Position numbers and translations under genes: made by a program. The notes beneath the pieces are model-generated. The model was not told the origin of the DNA. It worked only from the letters and a program-made list of their open reading frames with translations, and did not search any database. This document shows positions 1-11,899 of a stretch of DNA of 64,000 nucleotides, in pieces. Each line of letters opens with the position of its first letter. Positions within the stretch are counted from its first letter, which is position 1. Source of the DNA: Eledone cirrhosa (lineage: Eukaryota); contig OZ024743.1 in the NCBI GenBank assembly GCA_964016885.1, positions 184,202,001 to 184,266,000 of the forward strand, given 5' to 3'.

Positions 1-103
1 AAGTAAACATCCCAACCATCGATTAGCTGTACTAGACACAGAGCTCTGGTTAGATACCATTAACAACAAAAAACAAATCCTCCATTCCCATTATGCCAAA
101 CCC

Positions 104-994
104 ATGACTTCCAAACATCTGATCCACCGAAACTCGGCCATTTCGGACCATACCAAAATCAACATACTGATTGCGGATTTGGTACGGGTGATGAGAAATG
201 TGTCCCGCATGTGCAACCCCGAAGAACTAGAGAGACACATACAACACTTCATCCACCGTATGCAGTTCTCTGGCTACAATCAGAGAGATAAAATCAGAGT
301 GTATAGAGGAGCCAGAACCAAATGGGAAAAAATGGTAAATAATGACATAAATGGGACCTGTCCCTTGTATAGGAGCAAATTTTGGAATAGAATAGAAAGA
401 ACTAGGAACAAGGCTAATAGAATAAACTCATGGTATGATAGCAATACATACCAGAGTGTAATGTTCATCAATACAACCCCTAGAGGTGAATTAGCTTACA
501 AATTTAGAAGGGCCCTAAATAAACATAAACTCAATATTAAGATAGTAGAAAGACCAAGTACCTCCGTAAAAACACTTATTAGCAAGACATACCCGTTCCA
601 AAGACCCTCATGTATAGATAAGAAATGTATAACCTGTAAAATAAGCCCCCATATTAACTGTAAAACTAGAAATGTAGTGTATAGCATAAGATGTACTGAA
701 GGACAATGTAGAAACAAAAATATAGTGTACATAGGTGAGACAGCTCGTAGTGTAGGGGAACGGATAAATGAACACTGGCGAGACCTTCAAGATAATAAAG
801 AATCATCTGTACTCTACCAACATGCTAAGATAGAACACAAGGGTAAATTAGAGAACATAGAAATAAAAATAGAATCTACACACAGAAAAGATGCAATGTT
901 TAGACAAATTACAGAGGCAATAAACATAAAAGAATTACAACCAAAATTAAATAGAAAATATGAGTGGAACAGCAACATCACAACTTACAATTAA
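104..994 (+). CDS. PLE polyprotein C-terminus (RT thumb + GIY-YIG endonuclease), 5'-incomplete
   Basis: NVVYSIRC-x-YIGETARSVGERINEH ... RQITEAINI..QPKLN GIY-YIG motifs. Confidence 0.85.
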   Translation: MTSKHLIHRNSAISDHTKINILIADLVRVMRNVSRMCNPEELERHIQHFIHRMQFSGYNQRDKIRVYRGARTKWEKMVNNDINGTCPLYRSKFWNRIERTRNKANRINSWYDSNTYQSVMFINTTPRGELAYKFRRALNKHKLNIKIVERPSTSVKTLISKTYPFQRPSCIDKKCITCKISPHINCKTRNVVYSIRCTEGQCRNKNIVYIGETARSVGERINEHWRDLQDNKESSVLYQHAKIEHKGKLENIEIKIESTHRKDAMFRQITEAINIKELQPKLNRKYEWNSNITTYN

Positions 995-1194
995 GGACAA
1001 AATGAAAACACACACACACATAGAACAAACAACCAACCAGTAACATGTAAATAAACAAATAAATAAATGAACATAAACACACACAGACACCCGGATGTGG
1101 CGCATGCGCAGACTGAGCACACAACACACACACAGAAACAAAATGGCGTAGGACAGAACAAAGGAGAGGCACAGAAACAAAGAAAGGAATCCCC

Positions 1195-1239
1195 AGTCAC
1201 TGAAGAGGTCACAGAGTGTGTGACGAAAGAACTATGACT
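1195..1239 (+). ncRNA. Minimal type I hammerhead ribozyme in PLE 3' terminus
   Basis: AGTCA-CTGAAGA-G-GTCAC(agagtgt)GTGAC-GAAA-gaac-TA-TGACT; stems I and II pair perfectly, 1-bp stem III. Confidence 0.8.
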
Positions 1240-1439
1240 ATATATAAACAACTATCTGGTTGTGGAACCAACCAACCAGAAATTTATAAATTTATAAATT
1301 TATAAATATATAATAAATTGAAGTGAAAGCAACTGGTGCGTGTGTTTCTTATTGGCAACATGACCCTCCCAAAGTATAACAATATCGGTTTCAACACACG
1401 ATTTCAGATAAAGAATCTTGCTAAACAAATTCAGAAACG

Positions 1440-1484
<45 letters not shown>

Positions 1485-1495
1485 TATATATATAT

Positions 1496-1623
1496 ATAGG
1501 AACGAGTAGGACCCCGACGGCTGCGCTCAAGCCGTTTCGACGGCTAATTCTGGACTAAATTTCGTCCAGAATTAGCCGTCGAAACGGCTTGAGCTCAGCT
1601 GTCGGGGTCCTACTCGTTCCTAT
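1496..1623. repeat. Near-perfect 128-bp palindrome
   Basis: 60-bp arms (1496-1555 and 1564-1623) with 2 mismatches around TAAATTTC. Confidence 0.95.
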
Positions 1624-1699
1624 TACCCACTCTACTACCCTAAGTATTGAGTACTTTGGTGCGTTATGGTCCACCTGGTTCCTTACCACATTTCCTTCG

Positions 1700-1860
<161 letters not shown>

Positions 1861-2093
1861 TGTGTGCATACATACATACCTGTGTGTGTACATGAGTATG
1901 TGTATAATGTGTGTGAAAAGAAAGAAAAAGATAGAGGCTCTCCTTTCCACGAATTATATAAGCAGAAGGCAGAGTAGTGTGACTAATACAGCTGTCATCT
2001 AAAACCATTTAATAAACAATATAAAACGATATGTCAGTAAGAATGAAATATCCTCCTATTAAGGAAACATGCACAGCGAGCTGAAACAAGTAA

Positions 2094-2162
<69 letters not shown>

Positions 2163-2342
2163 ATTGGCAGTAGCACTAAGTATAATAGAAGTGTATATGA
2201 AAACATATATACACTTATATAATACGTTTATATACAATAAACGCACTAACACATACATATGTGTACATGTGTGTGTGGGTGTGTGTGTGGGTGGGTGGGT
2301 GTGTGTGTATGCGTATGTAATGTATGAATGTAAGTATGTGTG

Positions 2343-2429
<87 letters not shown>

Positions 2430-2773
2430 CAACACCTTGTGTGTAAATAACGTACACAACATTCATAAATGACAGATTATCAGCCCACAGGCGATCCAAC
2501 TGTTAGATTAATAAATATCTCCTAAATTATACTATTCGTTCGTTGGTTGAAATGATTGATACCCCCACACACATAACTATGTCCACTGCGCTGTCTTCAG
2601 GCTCCAATAAAAGAGGGCCAGACAAACAAATCATTGAGTGTGCATGTCATCTCCATGTTTTTTTTTTCTAACATATTTTTAATTGATTTTTTTTTCTTTT
2701 GTAAATCATAAATAGCATGTAAATCCTTTGTTTAAGTAATGATGGTGGACATGTTGAAAATTAATAATCCCAC

Positions 2774-2845
<72 letters not shown>

Positions 2846-2850
<5 letters not shown>

Positions 2851-3526
2851 AGTATGTATGTATACGTACATATATGTATACAGACGTACAGTAGTATGTA
2901 TATATATATACATACATGCACACATATATATATGCACGTATCGGTTTACCGAACATTTATTATAATGCTCGGTTTGTTTGTTTGTAAACAAACAAACAGC
3001 CCGAATTACGCCGTACAGTGTTTATGCAACCACGTCACCTTTTTGTTCAACATTGACACAGGAACGATGTACTAGTTTCAAGCTCATTAGCTATCGTCAG
3101 CATCGTATACCTTCCTGCGAGATGGTTTAACGTCTGAAAGTATATACTTTCCTTATGCATATTAACGGCTGAGCAGCCTAATTTGCATATCGAGTGAGTT
3201 CAGTCGGCCAGGCACACCGAAAACGATAAATGGAATAGAATGAAACGAAATTTCATTTCTCACTCTTAGTACGACACTTACTTAAATGTAAGTATGTATG
3301 TATACGTACATACATATATGTATACAGACGTACAGTAGTATGTATATATATGCATACATGCACACACATATATATGCACGTATCGGTTTACCGAACATTT
3401 ATTATAATACTCGGTTTGTTTGTTTGTAAACAAACAAACAGCCCTGACAGGCAGGTATACGATGCTTACGATAGCTAATAAGCTTGAAACTGGTACATCG
3501 TTCCTTTGTCAGTGTTGAACAAAAAG
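2846..3526 (-). mobile_element. ORF-less retrozyme/PLE-pLTR-like element A (monomer about 440 bp, partial tandem plus inverted 5' piece)
   Basis: Direct repeat ~2846-3003 / ~3286-3444; 3453-3526 is the reverse complement of ~3039-3112; contains a hammerhead; abuts (TA)n. Confidence 0.65.
3064..3106 (-). ncRNA. Minimal type I hammerhead ribozyme
   Basis: Minus strand ACGATG-CTGACGA-tAGCT(aatg)AGCTt-GAAA-CTAG-TA-CATCGT; palindromic CTAG loop III; mutated inverted copy at 3459-3501. Confidence 0.75.
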
Positions 3527-4060
3527 CATTTCGAAGACCTTACGCTATTGTTTTAGAGTAGTGACAGTCTCACTTACTTTAAATTTTCAGCAAACAAGGG
3601 AGATAAAGAGACTGTCACTACTCTAAAACAATAGCGTAAGGTCTTCGAAATGCTTTTAATTAAGCATACAGTGTATTGCAAAATACACTATATATACATT
3701 CATATATATATCGCTATTTCAGAGCGCCAATTCTAATTTTCAATTTCTGCTTGACCGGCAACTGCTCTGTATAATCAGTTCCTGATTATTACTAGAAATT
3801 CTATAGGAATCAAACATTCATGATTTTCAGCAAACAGGTGGAGTACTTGGCTTTGATAAGTACCAATCAGTACGAAACAGAGCTCTGTCAGCTTTATCTC
3901 CCTTGTTTGCTGAAAATTTAAAGTAAGTGAGACTGTCTCTACTCTAAAACAATAGCGTAAGGTCTTCGAAATGCTTTTAATTAAGCATACATTGTATTGC
4001 AAAATACACTATATATACATTCATATATATATCGCTATTTCAGAGCGTCAATTCTAATTT
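3527..4060 (+). mobile_element. ORF-less retrozyme-like element B (monomer about 321 bp, partial tandem plus inverted 5' piece)
   Basis: ~3609-3740 repeats at ~3930-4060; 3527-3608 is the reverse complement of ~3892-3974; hammerhead at 3849; diverged homolog at ~10960-11360. Confidence 0.7.
3849..3893 (+). ncRNA. Type I hammerhead ribozyme, U3-A8 core variant
   Basis: GGCT-TTGATAA-GTAC(caatca)GTAC-GAAA-CAGAGCTCTG-TC-AGCT. Confidence 0.75.
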
Positions 4061-5474
4061 TATATATATGTATATATATATATATACATATTATATATAT
4101 ATTATATATGTATGTATATATATATGTGTGTGTGTGTGTGCGTGTGTGTATGTGTATGTATATATATTATAGTAACGTGGGCGTAAAACGTGAAATTGCA
4201 AGATGTAGAGCGAAAAGTAAATTTAGACTAGTGTTAACATGTACTGTCATTTGTTATTAACTTTATATTAAAGTTACTGAAAAATATATTGTTTTCTTTG
4301 TTTGTTTTTTTATTTGTGTGGTGGTGGGGTATGTTCTAAAATTGCATCTCTAAGGCCTCCTTCGCCTGTAAGTTTCCTCTCCAATGCACAAGCCAGTGCA
4401 AAATACTTTATGGAAGACCGACCCATGAAAACCAGTCTCCTTTCTCAACGTCACCGATGTTGCCCATGGTAAAGAGAAAGGTCGATACAGCTTGGTACCA
4501 ATGTTTTCGCAGATGATCGACTCTCTCCCGGGCGAGACCCTAATCTATCATAGAGCTGTCTCTCAACTGCTACTGCTGCTTATGGTGGCACTTATTTTGT
4601 TTTTAGCTGAGTGAACTGGATCAATGTAAAATATAGTGTTTTGCTCAAGGCCACAATACACCGCTCAGTTCGAGAATCGAACTCACAACCATATAATCGT
4701 AATCCCAGTACCCTAACAACTAGACCGCGCCTATTCAAAAGTTCCAGCTACAGTTAGACAAATCAATAAGAATCATTAAGGGATTCATTGTCAGATTTGC
4801 CAAATAAGAAAATTAAAAAAATAATTTATCCAATTACTAAATAGAAGCTTGGTTTACACTAGTTATTAAAATTAATTCCCTGTGCCTGACTAAGTCCTTA
4901 AATTTATTTACAAGTGAAACAAAGCATGAGTACATTCGATTCTTGCGTCCTATGAAAAGATTAATTAAGGAACTGCCTTCTATTAGGATCATTTTAACAG
5001 CAGCCACTAGCTAACATGCTGGCAAACATACCGATATTTTAGAGCTTCTGAAATGTACTAGAACTCAACTTTGATAGGCATTTCAATTATTACGCACTGG
5101 ATATTCTGAGGCGGTTATGGGATTTGATGAACCAGCCCTGTGACAGGAGTAGACTTGTTATACGGGTAATACCCAGAGGGCCATTTGGCTGGATGGGGAA
5201 AATAAAAACAGCTGAAAGCACACATCTGGCTTTAGCCGTCAGCAACCTTTTAGTCAGAGTCACCCGTTTAAGATTCAGCTTGCTTCTACCCTGTAGTAAC
5301 TTTTGTTTCTTCGACCATTCTACTATATTTTGACTATTTTTCGACTTTCTCGAAGTCAAAGTTTTGTGAGGGAATGAAGTATAGCCGATTTAACTGATTC
5401 AATGAATTATTGGGACTTTTATTGATCAAAAATCTTAATCCAAAATTCAAAAAGAGAAAGAATTGCATACTTAC

Positions 5475-7066
5475 AAATTGTGATACTTGTAACTTAGCAT
5501 TGATATACTGAGATGTTGTCTTATCGAGCAATTCCTCTTGCCAGGCGATTCCAGATGTCAGTTTAATGGAGGCGGTAAATTCTTGAGAGTGATTGATTAT
5601 GTTCAGCATATTACTGCTTGGGTTCGTTGAAATTGATTTTGCAGATGTGTAGGAAGTCATGTCAACAGTAGTGCTAGGAATTAGTGTTATCATCTGACTT
5701 TTAGCTGTAAACTGCGTCAATAGTTGATTTGGTTTAGAGTCAGTGATACTGGCGATGGGTGTAGCGATTGTTGAAAGTTCCTTTTCAGAATGGAACATCA
5801 AGCTACTAATTCTAGTATCACTAAAGCTTTCACTGAAAGTCGTAATTAATTGGTTTGAACTTACTACGTAATCATCAGTTGTGAAAAGAACCGACTCAGG
5901 TGAGATGCTGGAAGAAGATTCGCTTATTTCATTTGTAAGTAACATAGTAGATCTGGTACTTATAGAAATGGTCCCGGAAAGTAATTGGACCGAAGAAGGA
6001 TTTAGGTTAGCGGAGCTCCATTCTTGTGCAATATATAATGACTCGAGTGTAGGTTGGTAAGAAATTTCACTGAAATCATTATTTATAGAAACTGTGATAG
6101 ATGTAGCTTCTGGTAATTTAGTGATCTCTGTTACCAATGGTGTTTCCAAATACGAAAATACGCTTGTCGTTTGTGAATAGCTTTCTGTGTTGTATGGTAA
6201 TTGAAAGTCAGTTTGCGACGCTGATATAACTTGTTCTACTTTAGAGGTACTGAAATAATCAGTGGTAGGCTGGCTAGTTAGAATGTCTGTTAATAAACCT
6301 GACTGTTGTGATTCTCTCATAGAAGAGAGAAGATGTCTTGAAACTGTTTCAGTCGTATTTAACTGGATAGTAGAAGACTGTGCTGAGTGTATTAAAGGAA
6401 AATCTATGGCGGATGCCGATTTTAAATCCACCTGATCAACAGAAGTGGAAATCTTTGTCACAGTGTCAAAGAATAAATCGGATTTAAACACCATATCTGA
6501 TGTTTGCATGTTATCCCTCGAAAACATTAATGTTGATTGAGGAGTTAAAATCAATGATGATAATGATGATGGGGAGAAGAAGGATGAGGGGGAGGAGGGA
6601 GAGATAAATACGGACAAGGGAGAGGAAGATAAGAAGGAAGATGAGTTTGATGGGAATGAAGAAGAAAATGGTATGGAGATGGAAGAATAAGAGGTCGGTT
6701 CAGGTGTGTTCATCAAATAACTTTGATTGGTTGTGTCCACATCCAATGACATATCGATGATAGTCGTAGTCATGCTATATTGTTGAAGCTCGCTACTAGA
6801 AACTGACTCGTTAAGTTGTACTGGTGGTGTTGTTATATCATTATCATCCAGTATCACATTTTGTGTAGAACTGTGTTCCATGTTTGGTGTTGTTACATTG
6901 AATAATTCTTCATCACTGTAATGTTTTGTAGAAAGTCCATCAGTCGAATGAAATGCAGAATTTGAAGAGGTTGTGTCTCCTTCGTGAACCGTAGTGAATG
7001 AAGTTTCAGTTTCCCGACTTTGTTTGGTTGATATCTCCAACGACGTCCAAGTCACTGATTGAGATT
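5475..7066 (-). CDS. Mucin-like gene exon 5: Ser/Thr-rich domain plus N-terminal part of second SEA domain
   Basis: Acceptor ttttattttTAG|AA (phase 1; alternative in-frame acceptor at 7054); donor CAATTT|GTAAGT (phase 0); ends EFTASIKLTSGIAWQEELLDKTTSQYINAKLQVSQF (SEA-like start). Confidence 0.85.
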
Positions 7067-8214
7067 CTAAAAATAAAATCGAGAGAGTATTTAAAGATCA
7101 ACAACAACAGAAGCATCGATAACATCAATTGGGGCCTCCATATTATCCCTTTATCTGTTAGAAATAACAGCTTAATCTCTCGAAAACCATTTTCCACCGA
7201 GTTAAAAATGCACATATTCGATAATATAGTTCAAAGTAGAACAACCGTTTAAAGGCAATTTAACTAATTACTTAAATTAGTGTTTCAATATCTGCACCAA
7301 TAAAATTCCCACAAGGAATTGTTTTAGACTTAAGAAGAAACCAGTCACTCCACTAGATATAATGAAATATCATAACTCTGGCAGTATAGATTGAAAAATG
7401 TCGATTGTGCGGAGCATTTTCTGAAATAATAAATCACGTTGTGTCAGATCCGACAAAATAACAAGTTGCTCTACGTATGCTTAGCCAGAAAATGTTAATA
7501 CCTTCTAGGAAAAGCACTTTGGAACTCACATAACCCTCTAATTGGCTTGTAAATTGTAAAAGTAATATAGAACTTTATCATAAAGACAGACCACCAGATA
7601 GCACATAATAAGCCCAATTAACTATAAGATATTTTCTTTAACAAAAATGACAATAACGTACTAATTATTGATGTAACAATATCAAATGACCTGAAATATT
7701 AATCTAGCTGCTAAATTATAAACATTATGGTATTTAATGAATGTGTCTATCTTCTTATAGCTGGAGTTATACTTAACCATTTTTGTTACAACGTTGATAA
7801 TTTATCTTTAACGATAGACATAGGTCTGTTCCAGAAAAGAGCAATAGTAAGATTTGTTAACGAAATGTTAGGCCATTTTCACACATTTGTTAGCCTTGAA
7901 TATTTTTGATAAGCTTAAGCATAATTTTATACTTGAACATCCTTGTTAACCCTGAATAATAATTACTTTTTATTGGTCAAAAGGGCCCATCACTTTGGGG
8001 ACAGTATAAAAGCAAAATGCATAGGAAAGCGACAAACAAAACACAATGTGGGATTTGCATTGAATAAAGGAGTGATTAGCAATCACATTCAGGACATATA
8101 ATAAATAGGTAATAATAAACAGAACAAACAGTAGGAAACAAGTAAAAGGATCCCCCAAAATTGTGGAGAACCGCACAAGCGGATTCGGGGCACTCTAAAT
8201 ATATAATAATTCGT

Positions 8215-8455
8215 TCTAACATTGGCACAAGGTCAGCAATTTGGAGAAAGAGGAAAGCTAATGAAATATACTTGACTGGTACTTTATTTTATCGGCCCAA
8301 TATTTGACTGCCATTTTATTTTATCGACCTTGGAAGGATGAAAAGCCAAGTTGACTAAGGAGTGATTTGAATTCAGAAAGTAAAGACTCGAAGGACAAAT
8401 ACTGTAAAAGCATCTTGCTTGGCACTTCATCTCCGGACTTCATCGATTGCGCCAA
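8215..8455 (-). mobile_element. Degenerate tRNA-derived Nin-type SINE
   Basis: Reverse complement similar to the SINE at 11555 (gtactttattttatcgac...ggatgaaaagc). Confidence 0.65.
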
Positions 8456-8489
8456 TCTAGTTCATTCTTATATTTTGTTGTTGAACCTA

Positions 8490-8780
8490 TGCCAACGACA
8501 AAGGTTCTAGTTGTTTGACCAATGGAACAGTCTGCTCGTGAAATTAACGAGCAAGTAGCTGGTCATTTCAAGACACGTGTATCCTTAACGCAGTTCTCAG
8601 CTAAATTCAGTATGTAACAAGGCTGATCTTTTGAATTACAGGTACAACTCATTTTTGCCAGATGAATGGCCTGGGCAATGTAAAATAAAGAGTTTTTCTC
8701 AAAAACACCAAGTCCCAGGAATCGAGCTCACGACCTCATGATCGTGAGCCAAGCATACCAACCACCGAGTCACTTGTCTT
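8490..8780 (-). mobile_element. tRNA-derived SINE, second family
   Basis: Reverse complement similar to 20232-20520; related pieces at ~4570-4730, 9335-9480, 10030-10260, 21260-21400. Confidence 0.6.
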
Positions 8781-8794
8781 TACACCTTCTTATA

Positions 8795-9010
8795 ATGGTT
8801 TCTGATTTAGGCACAAGGTCAGCCATTTTGAGGGAAGGGAATGTCGATTAAATCGACCTCAGTACGTTACTAGTACTTTATTTTATCGACCCTGAAAGGA
8901 TGAAAGACAAAGCTAAACTCAGTGGGATTTGAACTCAGAACGTAAAGGGCCGTAACTACATACGGCAAAACATGTTGTCCGACGCTCTACCAATACTGCC
9001 AATCCACCGC
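8795..9010 (-). mobile_element. tRNA-derived Nin-type SINE
   Basis: Reverse complement has A box TGGCAGTATTGG, B box GAGTTCAAATCC and the tttcatcctttcagggtcgataaaataaagtac core. Confidence 0.8.
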
Positions 9011-9036
9011 TCGTATAGAAATAATAAGAATCTTAC

Positions 9037-9260
9037 CGACAAAATTTGTCTGGTTCTTGTCAATAGTGAGGTTTCCTAAGCTGGATGTGTTTTGTATAGA
9101 ATCAAGGAGAATTTCTCCCATCTGGTCAGAAGTCAGGCTCACGTTTTCTTGAGCGTTACTCTGAGAACTGTTGGTGTTGTTACCATTAGCGTCTCCACTG
9201 ACTGTCTCCGTGCTATTTTCTACTAAGACGACTGTAAAGTTCACTTTAAGACTTCCTTTA
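9037..9260 (-). CDS. Mucin-like gene exon 4: C-terminal part of first SEA domain
   Basis: Acceptor tttCAG|T (phase 2), donor G|GTAAGA (phase 1); (F)SKGSLKVNFTVVL carries the SEA G-S-x-x-V autoproteolysis motif. Confidence 0.85.
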
Positions 9261-9868
9261 CTGAAACAGTGAATTAATAAAAACATTCAGAAGATAAACA
9301 ATAATGGAATGAATGAATGGACTGAAGTCGGTTTCGACAATGAGTGTTCCAGCTGTTCGATCAACGGAACAGCTCACTCATTAAATTAACGTGTAAGTGA
9401 CTGAGCATTCTACATGTAATCTTCAGAGAGATTCAACGTGGCACACTGTGCGACAACGCTAACCATTTGAATTACAGGTACCGTCTATCTGACGGATTTC
9501 TAAACAATTTCCATATATCTAATCTCATCCATAAGGCATGGTTTGACCCGAGGCCGTAGTAAATGCTACTTGTCCAAGCGGGAATGAACCTGGGACCTAA
9601 TGATTGTGAAACGAATCTCTCCATCATTCGGCCATGCTGCGTCCAACAATAAAAAATAATATCAACAAGATAAATCTTACCTATATTAGTATTCTGTACA
9701 GAACGCTTGAGAACAAGCTTTTTAAAATTTTGTTTTCCCTGAATATTAGCCCCGTATTTCTTGTGCCATGTTTTTTCCGCTAGTTTTACAACAATCTATT
9801 TTCTGAATCCAGTAAACACACACAAACACATACATATAGTCTCATAATAATTACACAACATTATATTA

Positions 9869-9971
9869 ATCCCGCCGAGGTTAACTTTGCCTTTCATCCT
9901 TACGGGGTCGATAAAATAAAGTACCAGTAATACACTGGGTAATTGCTGGCCTTGTGCCAAAAGTAGAAACA
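9869..9971 (+). mobile_element. 5'-truncated young Nin-type SINE with 9-bp TSD ATTATATTA
   Basis: Near-identical to the 3' half of the 11555 SINE; TSD at 9860-9868 and 9972-9980. Confidence 0.85.
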
Positions 9972-10959
9972 ATTATATTAGGCTACAGGCTATGTAGTGT
10001 GTGTGCGTGTGTGTGTACTGGATCTTCATATGTTCCGACAGCAAGTTGTTTGATCAACAGAATAACCTGTTCGAGAAATTAATGTACAAATGTCAGAGCA
10101 TTGCATAAACACGTATACCCTTAACGTAATTGACGGGTAGATTCAGTGTAACACAGTATGTGACAAAACTGGATTTTGAATCACAGGTACAAATCATTTT
10201 TTTCCAGCTACATAGATACGTATAGATAACTCATGACCTTACGATCGTTAGCCGAACAACCTAAAGATTTCGGTAGCGAACGTATTTTGTTAAGTTTCGC
10301 CACCCAACCAAATTCTTTCGACGGAAATCTAAATTTTTCCACTTTTCCAGAATGTACATGTATGACACTTTACATGCCAAGTCTATTGTCTATTTATTTC
10401 TAGTCGTAATATTTTTATATATTTATCTCGGTTTTTGTCGAAAGACAACCGTGCATTTTCTGCCCATTCTTTGTTTCGTTTTCGTTTTACATGCATCTTA
10501 CCAACAGAATGATTTTCCAACATGTTGCACAAACTGGCATAAGAACTGCAATACCGCCTTAATGCGCATAATTGCACGCCAGCAAGATGGCAGACGAGTT
10601 AGAGATGTAGTTGTCTATTCGTCTTATGGAACTGCTTTCTGTGTAATTTTCTGCTGATAAAACATTATCTCTCTTTAATACTTAGACATCTCAATAAAAG
10701 GATAAAATATAAATTATCAACTCAAAGTAGTAATTAAACATATTAAACTTAAGCCAAAATCCCGATTAGGCGAGGATATAAGCTAGACTTACTAAAATAA
10801 TTCAATTTTACTCATAGTTCCCTAACCATGGTTTCTGGAATTTAAAAAACAATATTTATGATTTCAACATATTGGAACAACCAACATTGGAAGAATTACA
10901 ATTCCGTCTTCTGGAGGAAAACTCTTTGGAATAAGAGATGTTGAATATATAGTATACAT

Positions 10960-11360
10960 ACCATATCGTTGAATTTTAAAGTAGTGACTATGTCACTTAC
11001 TTATTCTAGGCAAAAACAAAGGGGGAGTAATCGACAGTCCTGTTTCTCGTTCGTTAGCGGTTATCAAGACTACTTACCCCTTCGCTTCTGCCGAGAGTTT
11101 TAGAAGGTGGATTCTTATAGAATCCAGTAATGTTTAAGAACTGATTAAACAGAGCGGTTGGCGGTCCAGCAAAAATTAGGTTTTAGTATTGGTGCTCTGA
11201 TATAGCGATGTATATATAAATGTATGTATAGTATATTTGATAATACAGTCACTACTTTAACATTCATAGTGAATGGTCTTCAAAATGTTTTTAATTAAAC
11301 ATACCGTATATTATCAATTATACTATACATACATCGCTATTTCAGAGCACCAATACTAAT
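10960..11360 (-). mobile_element. Diverged copy of retrozyme-like element B with inverted terminal piece
   Basis: Minus strand tttttgctggaccgccaaccgctctgtttaatcagttc matches ~3744-3780; 11247-11358 resembles 3612-3736; 11183-11245 is inverted relative to ~11305-11358. Confidence 0.65.
11026..11074 (-). ncRNA. Type I hammerhead ribozyme, U3-A8 core variant
   Basis: Minus strand AGTAGTC-TTGATAA-ccgctaacgaacga-GAAA-CAGGACTG-TC-GATTACT; 7-bp stem I, weak stem II. Confidence 0.65.
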
Positions 11361-11370
11361 ACATATATAC

Positions 11371-11418
<48 letters not shown>

Positions 11419-11481
11419 AATATAAATTAGCGAGAATCGTATTTCTGGGGCAACAACAAAGATTTATGAATACATATATAT

Positions 11482-11538
11482 TTAATGACTGACAAGTTGT
11501 TTCAAATACAGTATTTGAAACAACTTGTCAGCCATTAA
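11482..11538. repeat. 57-bp palindrome
   Basis: 28-bp arms, 1 mismatch, single-base centre. Confidence 0.9.
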
Positions 11539-11554
11539 TTATATATATATATAA

Positions 11555-11741
11555 GGGCGGTGGATTGGCAGTACCGGTAGAGGGTCGGACACCATGCTTT
11601 GAAGCATAGAGTTACGTCCCTTTACGATCTGAGTTCAAATCCCGCCGAGGTTAACTTTGCCTTTCATCCTTACGGGGTCGATAAAATAAAGTACCAGTAA
11701 TGCACTGGGTAATTGCTGGCTTTGTGCCTAAAGTAGAAACA
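11555..11741 (+). mobile_element. Full-length young tRNA-derived Nin-type SINE with 17-bp TSD
   Basis: A box TGGCAGTACCGG, B box GAGTTCAAATCC, GCCTTTCATCCTTACGGGGTCGATAAAA core; TSD ATTATATATATATATAA. Confidence 0.9.
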
Positions 11742-11899
11742 ATTATATATATATATAAATGCATACATACATACATACATACATACATACATACATACAT
11801 ACATACATACATACATACATACGTACATACATACATACATACATACGTACATACATACATACATACATACATACATACATACATACATACATACATACA

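Larger units (their letters stand above)
1..1440 (+). mobile_element. Penelope-like element (PLE), 3' part: end of RT, GIY-YIG endonuclease and 3' pLTR/UTR, ending at a (TA)n tract
   Basis: ORF with CxxxxCxxC linker and VYSIRC...YIGETARS..ER..EH GIY-YIG motif; hammerhead motif downstream; the element runs off the window start. Confidence 0.9.

Noticed and set aside
4300-5470. Search for the next SEA2 exon
   Set aside because: No stop-free candidate with suitable splice sites found by eye; it probably lies outside the window or was missed.
9680-9796. Possible extra minus-strand exon ending in G|GTAAGA (GKQNFKKLVLKRSVQNTNI)
   Set aside because: Its open frame is phase 0 to 1 and does not fit between exon 3 (phase 2 end) and exon 4 (phase 2 start); needs RNA evidence.
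11555-11660. tRNA gene
   Set aside because: The A/B boxes belong to SINE heads; no complete cloverleaf.
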